A DNA stretch of 56,170 nucleotides from a candidate division WWE3 bacterium RIFOXYD1_FULL_43_17 (GCA_001773385.1 MEWJ01000059.1:1-56170), one strand, 5' to 3'; positions 27,865 to 35,665 are shown, counted from the first letter of the stretch. A program made the numbers and translations. The notes: a model not told the origin generated them from the sequence alone.

Positions 27865-29138
27865 GCTTCTCTCCGGTAAGTAAAAAAATTGCTGCCAACA
27901 CAATTTATCAGTTAGTCGGAAAAGTCGTAAGTTTGGGCATAACGGTATTGGCCACGATTATTGTTACCAGGACATACGGGCGGGAAATTTATGGTCAGTT
28001 TAGTTTAATGCAGGCATGGCCTGCCTTATTTTTTGTAATAGTAGATTTTGGTATCAACGCCATCGCTACACGCGAAATCTCGAAGGACTGGAGCAAGGCA
28101 GGAAAATACTTTGGGAATATTTTACTAATCAGGATAATATTTTCTCTTATTCTGATGGTCGTTTTGTTTGTAGCATCAAGGTTTTTTCCTTATTCCCAGG
28201 CACTCAAAACAGGAATCACCCTGAGTCTTCTTCTTATTCTTACCCAGGCACTTTTTACGTCTACCAACATAATATTTCAGGCAAAATTAAGGTATGACCT
28301 CTCAACAATAGGGTACCTGTCGGGTTACGCAGTTATCTTGATATTGGTTTCCCTGTTATCCCAGGCAAAAGTTGATGTAATGTGGATTAGTTTTAGCTAC
28401 GTTATCGGTGGGTTTATTACGTTCGCGGTAAATTATTTTTTCGTAAAGTCGCTCGGTGTAAAACCGGAATTTGTTTTTGATAAACAGGTCTGGGGATATC
28501 TTTTGTCCAGCTCACTGCCTTTGGGTTTAATGTTCGTGTTCAGCCAGATAAATTTTAAGGCCGATTCCTTGTTACTCTCTTTTCTACCGGTTCCGTCTTT
28601 TTTAAATGTATCCAACAACGAAGCAGTAGGGTTGTATGCGCTTCCTTACAAAATTTTTGAAGTTGCTTTGGTGATGCCGACATTTTTCATGAACTCCCTT
28701 TATCCTGTTATGGTAGTCCGTATGTCCGAAGGTAAAGAAAAGTTAAAAGAAACATTAGAACAGTCGCTTAAATTCTTAATTGCAGCCGCGCTTATATTTT
28801 CTGCGATAGGTTATATATTTTCTCCTTTAGCTGTTAATATTTTGGGCGGCACGGAGTTCGGAGCGTCAATTCCTGTGCTAAGAATACTTTTGGCGGGACT
28901 CGTTCTATACAGCGTCACCCAGCCATTAGCGTGGGTTATCGTAACGATGGGGTATCAGAAATATCTTCCCGGAATTTATCTGGTCAGCGGTGTCTTCAAC
29001 CTGATAATGAATTTCATTTTTATTCCCGTTTACTCTTTTTACATGTCGGCCGTCATTACCCATTTATCCGAGCTTTTGATACTTATCTTGTTGATTGTTA
29101 CTGTCCGGAAGATATGGCGTAAAACCTATGCTGCTTAA
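27861..29138 (+). CDS. Polysaccharide flippase (Wzx / MOP superfamily)
   Basis: About 425-aa ORF with 12-14 TMs. The N-terminal NTIYQLVGKVVSLGITVLATIIVTR is typical of Wzx-type polysaccharide biosynthesis proteins. The ATG overlaps the upstream stop (ATGA). Confidence 0.8.
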   Translation: MSFSPVSKKIAANTIYQLVGKVVSLGITVLATIIVTRTYGREIYGQFSLMQAWPALFFVIVDFGINAIATREISKDWSKAGKYFGNILLIRIIFSLILMVVLFVASRFFPYSQALKTGITLSLLLILTQALFTSTNIIFQAKLRYDLSTIGYLSGYAVILILVSLLSQAKVDVMWISFSYVIGGFITFAVNYFFVKSLGVKPEFVFDKQVWGYLLSSSLPLGLMFVFSQINFKADSLLLSFLPVPSFLNVSNNEAVGLYALPYKIFEVALVMPTFFMNSLYPVMVVRMSEGKEKLKETLEQSLKFLIAAALIFSAIGYIFSPLAVNILGGTEFGASIPVLRILLAGLVLYSVTQPLAWVIVTMGYQKYLPGIYLVSGVFNLIMNFIFIPVYSFYMSAVITHLSELLILILLIVTVRKIWRKTYAA

Positions 29139-30294
29139 ATACCTTTTATTCATAGTGCTCGGGACATTATCGCTTGGTCAGTTCGCCCGCGTTGGAAGTT
29201 ACTACGTTTTCGATCTTGCCGCAGTAGCCTTTGCTTTTTACGGACTCGTACATTTTTTGATCAAAAGGAATTTAAAGGTTCCGCGCTACTCGGTTCTCTT
29301 TTTCATTTTTTCGTTGTTAGCAGGGGCGTCATTGCTTATAAATTTTTACCGTTACGGAGAGAATGAAGGATTGACGGCAGCATTTTATTTAGTCAGGTAC
29401 ATTACCTATATTTTGTCAGGCTTGGTAGTTTACAACATGCTTGTAGCAAAATATATTACCCGCAGTCAGCTGGAAAGATACTTTACCGTCGCGGCTCTTT
29501 TTCTATGCGCTGCCGGACTGGTTCAGCTAACAGTATTGCCGGACTTTAGCGTTTTGGACCCTGCTTTAGGGTGGGACCCGCACAAAAATAGGATAGCCTC
29601 GACATTTTTTGATCCCAACTTTCTCGGAGCCTACTTAGTTACGGTGCTGACTTTAATTTTAGGAAGTATCTTTGAAGGTAAAAAAAGCAGATTTAGGGTA
29701 ATTTCAGCTGCCATACTACTAGTTTTTATATTTTTAACATTTTCAAGAAGCGCCTGGGCAATGCTGGCCGCTGTAATCTTTATATTTGGGTTGTTTAAAA
29801 ACCGAAAGCTTCTTTTTATAGGCTTGTTGTTGGCTTTCTTAGCTTACTTTTTAGTACCACGCGTGCAGACCAGAATATCCGGAATTACTGATCCCGCCGA
29901 TTCTGCCAGATTCAGGCTCGTTTCCTGGAAAAACGCACTTCAAATTTCGCAGGATAATTTACTGACTGGGGTGGGATTTAATGCATACAGATATGCTCAG
30001 AAAGATTACGGTTTTCTTACGGTAGATAACATTTCATCACGCTCGGGCGCCGGTGCCGATTCCAGTCTCTTGTTCGTTCTAGCTACTACAGGAATATTTG
30101 GCGCGTTAACCTACGCTTCCGCCCTCGCGTTTCCATTTCTCGACAGTACTATCTCAAAAAGGAAGTACAGATTGGTGATAATAAGTTTGATTCCGGCACT
30201 CATGCTGGAGTCCCTTTTTATAAACTCACTTTTTTATCCTCAGGTAATGTTCGTGATGTACGCGGTAATCTTTAGCTCGTCTCTTGATATTTAA
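29128..30294 (+). CDS. O-antigen ligase / Wzy_C-like polymerase
   Basis: Polytopic ORF with a Wzy_C-type loop (FLTFSRSAWAMLAAV). The start is taken at ATG 29128, overlapping the flippase stop by 11 nt. Confidence 0.72.
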   Translation: MLLKYLLFIVLGTLSLGQFARVGSYYVFDLAAVAFAFYGLVHFLIKRNLKVPRYSVLFFIFSLLAGASLLINFYRYGENEGLTAAFYLVRYITYILSGLVVYNMLVAKYITRSQLERYFTVAALFLCAAGLVQLTVLPDFSVLDPALGWDPHKNRIASTFFDPNFLGAYLVTVLTLILGSIFEGKKSRFRVISAAILLVFIFLTFSRSAWAMLAAVIFIFGLFKNRKLLFIGLLLAFLAYFLVPRVQTRISGITDPADSARFRLVSWKNALQISQDNLLTGVGFNAYRYAQKDYGFLTVDNISSRSGAGADSSLLFVLATTGIFGALTYASALAFPFLDSTISKRKYRLVIISLIPALMLESLFINSLFYPQVMFVMYAVIFSSSLDI

Positions 30295-31003
30295 CGTTTA
30301 TAGTTTCCTCGTTTTTGTTCCCGGCTTCGTCCACGGCTTCGATCTTTATTTCCACGTCCCCGGATTTAACACCCAGAATATATTCGAACGTGAAGTCAGG
30401 TTTTTGAATAACCATTCTGCCATTTATCTTTAAAGTAGCCTTTTCGTTGATCTTTCCAGTGATAGTGATCCTTCTATCCAAATTGCGGACAGTAGAGTCG
30501 TCCTTTGGCGAATCTACCTCAATTTTAGGTCCTTCAGTATCCAGTATTATGGTAAATATCTCCCCGGCTTCGCTTTCTTCATTTTTTGTGTTTACAGCTT
30601 TTGCGAAAACAGTATTGCGGCCTTTTATAAGTTCTATTGATATAAAGTTGAATATACCGTCTGCGCCTGTTGTTGTTTGCGCTACTTCAGGTCCGTTGAC
30701 GAAAAGCTTTATCGTGTCGCCTTCATTAGCGTATCCCGCGAGGTTAATTTTTGTATCTTTAGTTGATGTAGGTACATTTGAAAGGGTCGGAGGTCTTATC
30801 CGTACCGTTACCGCTTCTTCTTTGGCGTTCCTGTTTTTTGATAATAGTCCGAAGGCCGAACCGAAAGTCGGCGCGAAAACAAACAAAGCCAAAATAACGA
30901 ACACAATCAAACCGATTATTCCCAGCATTGTTTTAATAAGCTTCTTTGAAAGCTCTTCTTCGCCCATCCCGTATTGTTTACTTCTATATTTTCTTGTTAC
31001 CAT
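30272..31003 (-). CDS. Membrane-anchored protein with tandem Ig-like beta domains
   Basis: 243 aa: a basic N-terminus, a TM (MLGIIGLIVFVILALFVFA), then two beta-rich modules (TIKLFVNGPEV..GADGIF; ITITGKINEKATLKING..VEIKIEAVDEAGN). Confidence 0.55.
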   Translation of the reverse strand: MVTRKYRSKQYGMGEEELSKKLIKTMLGIIGLIVFVILALFVFAPTFGSAFGLLSKNRNAKEEAVTVRIRPPTLSNVPTSTKDTKINLAGYANEGDTIKLFVNGPEVAQTTTGADGIFNFISIELIKGRNTVFAKAVNTKNEESEAGEIFTIILDTEGPKIEVDSPKDDSTVRNLDRRITITGKINEKATLKINGRMVIQKPDFTFEYILGVKSGDVEIKIEAVDEAGNKNEETINVKYQETS

Positions 31004-31004
31004 C

Positions 31005-31898
31005 CTAATTCATTATCTCATCTTTTATAAAAGTTTTAAGTTCGTCTTTCAAGTCGTCTCTTTGCATCGCAAACTTCAGGGTTGTTTTCAGGTATCTTAA
31101 AGGGTCGCCGGTCGTCAGCCACTCTCCCTCGATTGGTTGCGCGATGACGGTTTTTCCTGCGTCCACGAGCCCGTTAAGGATGTCTATTAGCCAAAGCTCG
31201 CCGTCCTTACCTGTGGCAGTATTAACTGCGGCTTCAATTACATCGTAGGAGAAGACAAATCGTCCGAATTGTACTTTATTTGAAGGGGCCTGATCTTTAG
31301 GGAGTTTTTCGTAGCCTCTTTCCATTGTGTATTTGTAGGGGGCGTTTTCCTTGTATTTTACGGAACCGTACCTTTCTACTTCTGACCATGGTACTTCCTG
31401 TACCGCAAGAACGGCTGCGGGATGCTGTTCGTGGTAAACATCTATGAGTTGCTTGGTTACCGGGACATCGGAAAGGGTTAAGTCGTCGCCGAACATATAA
31501 ACAAAAGCTTCGTCGTTATCAATTAGTTCCTTTACCGTTAGTAGGGGAGAACCGTTGCCGTAGGGTAGATGATTTTTCTGTCTGACATAAACAAAGTTAG
31601 CCATTTGAGGAATGGACTGGACGATTTCAAGGTATTTTAACTTACCGTTCTTTTCAAGTTCGTTTTCAAGTTCGGATCTGTTGTCGAAATAATCTTCCAT
31701 AATGTGGTTTCCGGCTCTTGTAACAAGTATTATTTCCTCAATTCCTGAATTAACCGCCTCTTCGACAAGATAGTGGATAATGGGTTTATCTATGATGGGG
31801 AGCATTTCTTTGGGCTGATTTTTTGTTGCGGGAAGAAACCTCGTACCATAACCGGCGGCCGCAATAACGGCTTTCGTTACTTTGGAGTATTGTTTCAT
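31005..31898 (-). CDS. galU: UTP--glucose-1-phosphate uridylyltransferase
   Basis: KAVIAAAGYGTRFLPATKNQPKEMLPIIDKP is the GalU N-terminal signature. Length is 297 aa. Confidence 0.9.
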   Translation of the reverse strand: MKQYSKVTKAVIAAAGYGTRFLPATKNQPKEMLPIIDKPIIHYLVEEAVNSGIEEIILVTRAGNHIMEDYFDNRSELENELEKNGKLKYLEIVQSIPQMANFVYVRQKNHLPYGNGSPLLTVKELIDNDEAFVYMFGDDLTLSDVPVTKQLIDVYHEQHPAAVLAVQEVPWSEVERYGSVKYKENAPYKYTMERGYEKLPKDQAPSNKVQFGRFVFSYDVIEAAVNTATGKDGELWLIDILNGLVDAGKTVIAQPIEGEWLTTGDPLRYLKTTLKFAMQRDDLKDELKTFIKDEIMN

Positions 31899-31914
31899 AG
31901 TTTCTCAATTTTAG

Positions 31915-31967
31915 CATAAAAAAAGAGCAGACATTGTTCCTACCGTGTTAGGGTGGGTGTCTGCTCT
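31915..31967 (-). terminator. Intrinsic terminator downstream of the 71-aa membrane ORF
   Basis: 10-bp perfect stem (AGAGCAGACA 31924-31933 with TGTCTGCTCT 31958-31967). On the minus strand it is followed by a T-run. Confidence 0.6.
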
Positions 31968-31980
31968 CATAGTTCGGCCG

Positions 31981-32196
31981 TTAGTGTTTTAGCGGGCGGA
32001 CCGGAGATTCATCGGTATCTTTTTGGCCGGGTTTGAAGCTCCAAACAAAGCCTAATATTCCGATACCAGTTGCCCCAAGAAAAACCATGGTGAATAGTCC
32101 TGCAGCGCTTCCGTTAGGAGAGGCCATCACGTCGTAAGCTGATTTTTCAAGAACATAAAAAACTACGAACACTATCAAAGTTCCTATAATACGCAT
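31981..32196 (-). CDS. Small two-TM membrane protein
   Basis: 71 aa with two hydrophobic helices and a charged tail. It has its own terminator. Confidence 0.5.
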   Translation of the reverse strand: MRIIGTLIVFVVFYVLEKSAYDVMASPNGSAAGLFTMVFLGATGIGILGFVWSFKPGQKDTDESPVRPLKH

Positions 32197-32304
32197 TTCT
32201 ATTCTCCTTATTTGAGTTCTTAGGAATGATTTATTTGTCTAATTTTGACCTGTTAATTATACCCCATAGTATGTATTTTGTCTAGTTTGGAAATTACGTT
32301 CAAA

Positions 32305-32380
32305 TGGAGCCGATAACAGGAGTCGAACCTGTGACCTTTCCCTTACGAAGGGACTGCTCTACCAACTGAGCTATACCGGC
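32305..32380 (-). tRNA. tRNA-Thr (anticodon CGT), CCA encoded
   Basis: The reverse complement folds as GCCGGTA..GCTC-AGTTGGTA-GAGC..GTCCC-TTCGTAA-GGGAA..ACAGG-TTCGACT-CCTGT..TATCGGC-T-CCA. Confidence 0.9.
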
Positions 32381-32399
32381 CAGCGTCATCATTTTACCA

Positions 32400-32443
32400 G
32401 AATAAAAGAAACGCTGAGGTAGTTTTTGTGTTATCTCAGCGTT
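32400..32443 (-). terminator. Intrinsic terminator after the 104-aa ORF
   Basis: 9-bp perfect stem (AACGCTGAG 32410-32418 with CTCAGCGTT 32435-32443). The minus-strand sequence continues TTCTTTTATT. Confidence 0.6.
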
Positions 32444-32452
32444 GTTGGCAGG

Positions 32453-32767
32453 CTACTTGCAAAGCGCTTTACCGTCTTCTGCGGAAATGATTTCTTCGTG
32501 AGTAATCATTCCTTCAAAATCAAGGATATAGCGGACGAAGGCAACTTCCTCGTTTTTGTAGTAAGCCCGGTATATTTTCAACGTAGCTTTGACCTCCTTG
32601 AACGGTACTTCCTTAACATCAATAGGTTCAAAGTCGACAAAGAGATTCCCTACGGGGACCTTTTTGCTTAAAGTTACGGCCTTCAGTCTACTTTGAGATT
32701 TTCTCTCAAGCTTTTTAACCGTGTCGATACTCGTGACCATGCGGTACGTACAAAGAGTTGGATCCAT
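32453..32767 (-). CDS. Hypothetical 104-aa protein (paralogue of the next gene)
   Basis: ORF with a purine-rich SD (AAAGGAAAAGGG) and a terminator. It shares collinear motifs with the 32820-33185 product: P.G.LFV, FK, A.L.Y.AY, ILDFE..GK.L. Confidence 0.55.
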   Translation of the reverse strand: MDPTLCTYRMVTSIDTVKKLERKSQSRLKAVTLSKKVPVGNLFVDFEPIDVKEVPFKEVKATLKIYRAYYKNEEVAFVRYILDFEGMITHEEIISAEDGKALCK

Positions 32768-32819
32768 GCCCTTTTCCTTTCGTTTCGGGACGTGTGACGT
32801 GTCAGCTTTGTTGTCGGTG

Positions 32820-33185
32820 TTAACCCCTGTTTGTGTTTTTGAGCCAAAGCTCTTTACCTGTCTCGAAGTCTAGAATCCGCTCGTTCAACAGTAGGCAGTC
32901 AAAGTTGAATGTATAGATCAGAACCCAAGCTTTGACGCCGTCTTGATAGGCAGGGTAAAGGTTTGCCCGCGCCGGAATACCCTTGAAGGTTTCATCCCAG
33001 TTTAAGCAGTGGAGACCCACAAAAAGGGAGCCCGGTGGAATTTGTGTCGTTATCACCTTATCTGCCTGGTAATAACCTCCTCGTACTTTGTGAACGTTTT
33101 TATAGTTGGTTAAGGTAGTTTTTGCAGTAAAATAAGACCAACGACCATGCATTCCGTCTATCTCTTCCAATTCCTTAGTACCCAT
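32820..33185 (-). CDS. Hypothetical 121-aa protein (paralogue of the previous gene)
   Basis: Good SD (AAAAGGAGAG) 5 nt upstream of the ATG, and a TATAAT box upstream. No recognisable domain. Confidence 0.6.
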   Translation of the reverse strand: MGTKELEEIDGMHGRWSYFTAKTTLTNYKNVHKVRGGYYQADKVITTQIPPGSLFVGLHCLNWDETFKGIPARANLYPAYQDGVKAWVLIYTFNFDCLLLNERILDFETGKELWLKNTNRG

Positions 33186-33214
33186 TTTCTCTCCTTTTCG
33201 GCTAGTTTTCGTGA

Positions 33215-33220
33215 ATTATA
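33215..33220 (-). promoter_or_regulatory. Candidate -10 box (TATAAT) for the 121-aa ORF
   Basis: The minus strand reads GTGTATAATTCACG, about 30 nt upstream of the ATG at 33185. No convincing -35 element. Confidence 0.3.
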
Positions 33221-33395
33221 CACTTCGCGACCAAACAAAGAAGCCCCATAACAAGACTGGAATTTTAAAATGACATAACTGAAGCGCCAGGCGAGTCTGG
33301 AAACCCAACTACTAATATACTCTGCAGGTTATGGGTGAGACGCATTAGATATTACTGCGCTCGGGTTGTTCTCTAGGATAAGTTTGGACTTCCGT

Positions 33396-33758
33396 TTAGA
33401 GAATCGGTTTGAATTCGTCGTTTTGTAACGTAAATCCCACATTAAAAGGTTTATTCACAGCGCTTTTATCTACCCCTTCCAAATATTCTTCAAGTGCCTC
33501 TTTTGCCTTATTATTTGAGAATGTCCACGTAGGATTTGCGATATGAGTTAGACCCCCTGCAGTAAAAGTAGCTTTGCACGATATATCATTAATATCAAAG
33601 TTAGCGATGTTATAAAACCCGAAGTCATTATCACCAAGTGACCCATTCTTTTTAGGTTCTAAGAATTGAAATTCATTATGGATAAAATTAATTCTCATAG
33701 CTATACTTGAAAGACAGTTATAAGTGACGGGCAGGGCACCCGGAAGAATGCCCTGCAC
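33396..33758 (-). CDS. Hypothetical protein (100-120 aa)
   Basis: ORF with no recognisable domain. The true start may be Met21 (33698), because codons 1-20 overlap a perfect 8-bp hairpin (33731-33756). Confidence 0.45.
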   Translation of the reverse strand: MQGILPGALPVTYNCLSSIAMRINFIHNEFQFLEPKKNGSLGDNDFGFYNIANFDINDISCKATFTAGGLTHIANPTWTFSNNKAKEALEEYLEGVDKSAVNKPFNVGFTLQNDEFKPIL

Positions 33759-33771
33759 AGATCAACAGAAT

Positions 33772-33891
33772 CTACCTTTTCTTTGGATTGTGTTCTGTTT
33801 CGGTAGTTTTCTTATGTTTTTTTACATAACTTGCCTTGACGAACTTACCGGAAATGGAGCTTCTGTTGTTAGTCACCTTTTTGTTTACCAT
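33772..33891 (-). CDS. 39-aa basic ORF (MVNKKVTNNRSSISGKFVKASYVKKHKKTTETEHNPKKR)
   Basis: Hand-translated; absent from the ORF track because it is under 60 aa. The R-x-x-x-SG-K-F-V ... KKH-x-x-TT-x-TE pattern recalls a widespread family of small basic bacterial proteins. This is from memory, not a search. Confidence 0.35.
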   Translation of the reverse strand: MVNKKVTNNRSSISGKFVKASYVKKHKKTTETEHNPKKR

Positions 33892-34259
33892 TCTAATTTT
33901 TCTTTCTCTGGCCAATTTAATAACGATTATTAACTTGATCGGACAGGGTCAAATTAAAAATAAAACCCATGCGCCAAAACGGATAGGCGGGGTTTGACAC
34001 AAATTTAGCACTCGTCTCTTCGGATTGCAAGGACTATTTCGGGTATTTTTTGGTAGTTAACCTTTTGCTGGATATTTTTCTAAAAACTCTTTTTTCTTCG
34101 CCACTAAATACAACTTGCAGTACCTTCGGAGTGGTCGGAACTTTGAACTTCACCTAGGGTCCGGCGAGTCTGGAAACCGTAACACAGGTTACTATTTTTG
34201 ATGATAAAACTATGATATTTAAAGAAAGGGCACACGAGTCGTCTGGAACTTCAAACATC

Positions 34260-34279
34260 TGGAGCGGGTGACGGATTCG
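34260..34279 (-). repeat. Displaced partial copy of the tRNA-Gly 3' end (T-loop to CCA)
   Basis: TGGAGCGGGTGACGG-ATTCG matches 34407-34427 at 20 of 21 positions, with a 1-nt indel. It is followed by GTCACC. Confidence 0.85.
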
Positions 34280-34406
34280 GTCACCGGTTCGTGTCTGCTG
34301 ACACGCCCGTCGACCCCGCCTCGCTCGCCTTCGCTCGCTGCGGCATTCTCATCCATTACACCCTATAAATTTGTCCACCAACCTTGTCGGCTGTTGGCCA
34401 AATTCA

Positions 34407-34481
34407 TGGAGCGGGTGACGGGATTCGAACCCGCGACCTTTTCCTTGGGAAGGAAACGCCATACCACTAGGCCACACCCGC
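34407..34481 (-). tRNA. tRNA-Gly (anticodon CCC), CCA encoded
   Basis: The 75-nt reverse complement is GCGGGTG..TTTCC-TTCCCAA-GGAAA..GCGGG-TTCGAAT-CCCGT-CACCCGC-T-CCA. Confidence 0.9.
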
Positions 34482-34510
34482 GTATCAAAGTGATTATAGC
34501 AACAGAGCAC

Positions 34511-34541
34511 AACAAAAAACACCCTCAGCTATAAGGGTGTT
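34511..34541 (-). terminator. Intrinsic terminator after the LysM gene
   Basis: 8-bp stem (AACACCCT 34518-34525 with AGGGTGTT 34534-34541). The minus strand continues TTTTTTG. Confidence 0.55.
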
Positions 34542-34563
34542 CTTAAGTTCGAAAATAAAAAAT

Positions 34564-35049
34564 TTAGGGTAATACCAGGACCTGTCCGGGAATAATCAAT
34601 GCCTGCTGACCGTTAGCTAAAAATCCTACATCGCCTTTGTTTGCTTCCAGTATCTTTGTCCATTGAGTGCCGTCGCCGTAGGCCCCCTCTGCAATTTCCC
34701 ATAAGGTGTCGCCTGATTTTACCGTGTAAGAAGCGCCTTGAATGTCTCCCTTTTTGTAGTCGGTAGCAACCCATTCCGCTTTGATAATTCCGTTAGAAGA
34801 ACCGCCGGAAATCGTTCCTGCAACTGTCGGCGGAAGCTTTTTATCCGTAGCTGCCTCTCCGTTTACATCGCCCTCAGTTTCAGTAGCTTCGTTTTGAAAA
34901 ACGGCCTCTTCCTGTGTCTTACTAATCTCTTCCGAGCTTTTGTTGAAATAATTATATGCGGCGAAAACCAAGGCAACGATAAATAAACCCCCGATTATCA
35001 AAGCCAAACCATCTCTCTCGTTACCGTTTTCTTTCACATCTGTGGACAT
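34564..35049 (-). CDS. Membrane-anchored LysM-domain protein
   Basis: 161 aa: a TM (LALIIGGLFIVALVFAAY), an acidic linker, and a C-terminal LysM domain (YTVKSGDTLWEIAEGAYGDGTQWTKILEANK). Confidence 0.8.
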   Translation of the reverse strand: MSTDVKENGNERDGLALIIGGLFIVALVFAAYNYFNKSSEEISKTQEEAVFQNEATETEGDVNGEAATDKKLPPTVAGTISGGSSNGIIKAEWVATDYKKGDIQGASYTVKSGDTLWEIAEGAYGDGTQWTKILEANKGDVGFLANGQQALIIPGQVLVLP

Positions 35050-35093
35050 TTACGAACCTCCTTCATATGGGGGCAGAAATAAGATTAATACTA

Positions 35094-35170
35094 TGGCGGG
35101 ATCGACGGGACTCGAACCCGCGGCCTCCGCAGTGACAGTGCGGCGCTCTAACCGACTGAGCTACGACCCC
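35094..35170 (-). tRNA. tRNA-Asp (anticodon GTC), CCA encoded
   Basis: The 77-nt reverse complement is GGGGTCG..CCGCA-CTGTCAC-TGCGG..GCGGG-TTCGAGT-CCCGT-CGATCCC-G-CCA. Confidence 0.9.
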
Positions 35171-35302
35171 TTAATGCTGGTGTTATACTAGCAATTTGTT
35201 GTTGTGTGGTCAATAAATTGGGCTGTGTAAAGGACGGTTCTTCCTTTGTTGAACAGTTATTTGGTGTTAGAATATCAGAAAATCTATGTGAGGGAGGGTA
35301 AA

Positions 35303-35566
35303 ATGTTTGAAACAATGCGGTTTAAGTCGTTGTTAAATGCACAAGGGATAGAGACTGTGACGGTAAAACACGTGGTAAAGGAGCCCCCAGGAGTGACACA
35401 CGCGTGCGGCCAACCTTCCCGGGATTATCTCGTCAAAAGCCGTTCTATAAACCAAGTGTCGTCGGAGTTAATGCTGGACATCATCAACTGGCTAGAATTC
35501 AGAGACAGCCGGTCGAATATTACCCGTCTGAGCGGCACACTTTACGTACAAACCACATTGGACTAG
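35303..35566 (+). CDS. Hypothetical 87-aa protein
   Basis: Strong SD (GAGGGAGGG, 35290-35298) before ATG 35303, and a strong terminator downstream. No recognisable domain. Confidence 0.45.
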   Translation: MFETMRFKSLLNAQGIETVTVKHVVKEPPGVTHACGQPSRDYLVKSRSINQVSSELMLDIINWLEFRDSRSNITRLSGTLYVQTTLD

Positions 35567-35589
35567 GAAATATGCTTTATTCTCCGTTG

Positions 35590-35635
35590 CGGCTCTCTAT
35601 TGTTTACAAAAACAATCAAGGGAGCCGTTTTTTTT
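35590..35635 (+). terminator. Intrinsic terminator
   Basis: A long hairpin: CGGCTC(35590-35595)..ATTGTTT-ACAA-AAACAAT..GAGCCG(35622-35627), followed by T8. It lies inside the tracked N-terminal extension of the polX ORF, which argues for the ATG 35666 start. Confidence 0.7.
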
Positions 35636-35665
35636 GTCCGTTCCGAACTCTGTTATTATTTACAT

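Noticed and set aside
30447-31100. A 217-aa plus-strand ORF overlapping the Ig-like domain gene and the galU 3' end.
   Set aside because: It is antisense to two better-supported minus-strand genes, has no SD or motif, and has a Ser/Phe/Ile-rich shadow-frame composition.
33892-34260. A structured ncRNA (SRP RNA or similar) in the 370-nt gene-poor stretch with several CTTCGG motifs. Separately, a 38-codon GTG-initiated minus-strand ORF (VKFKVPTTPKVLQVVFSGEEKRVFRKISSKRLTTKKYPK).
   Set aside because: I could not fold a convincing conserved secondary structure or match any known RNA family by eye. The ORF has no SD and no recognisable motif. It is left unassigned rather than called.
34268-34534. 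An 88-aa plus-strand ORF. A comparable case is the 68-aa ORF at 24162-24368.
   Set aside because: Both run straight through tRNA genes (tRNA-Gly antisense and tRNA-Val sense), so they are artefacts of ORF calling.
35600-35665. N-terminal extensions of tracked ORFs: polX from 35600, uvrC from 4683, ftsW from 9174, the LytR_C gene from 21276, and the clpC-like gene from 45512.
   Set aside because: The extensions overlap neighbouring genes or, for polX, contain a strong terminator. Each has an internal ATG at the point where homology begins.
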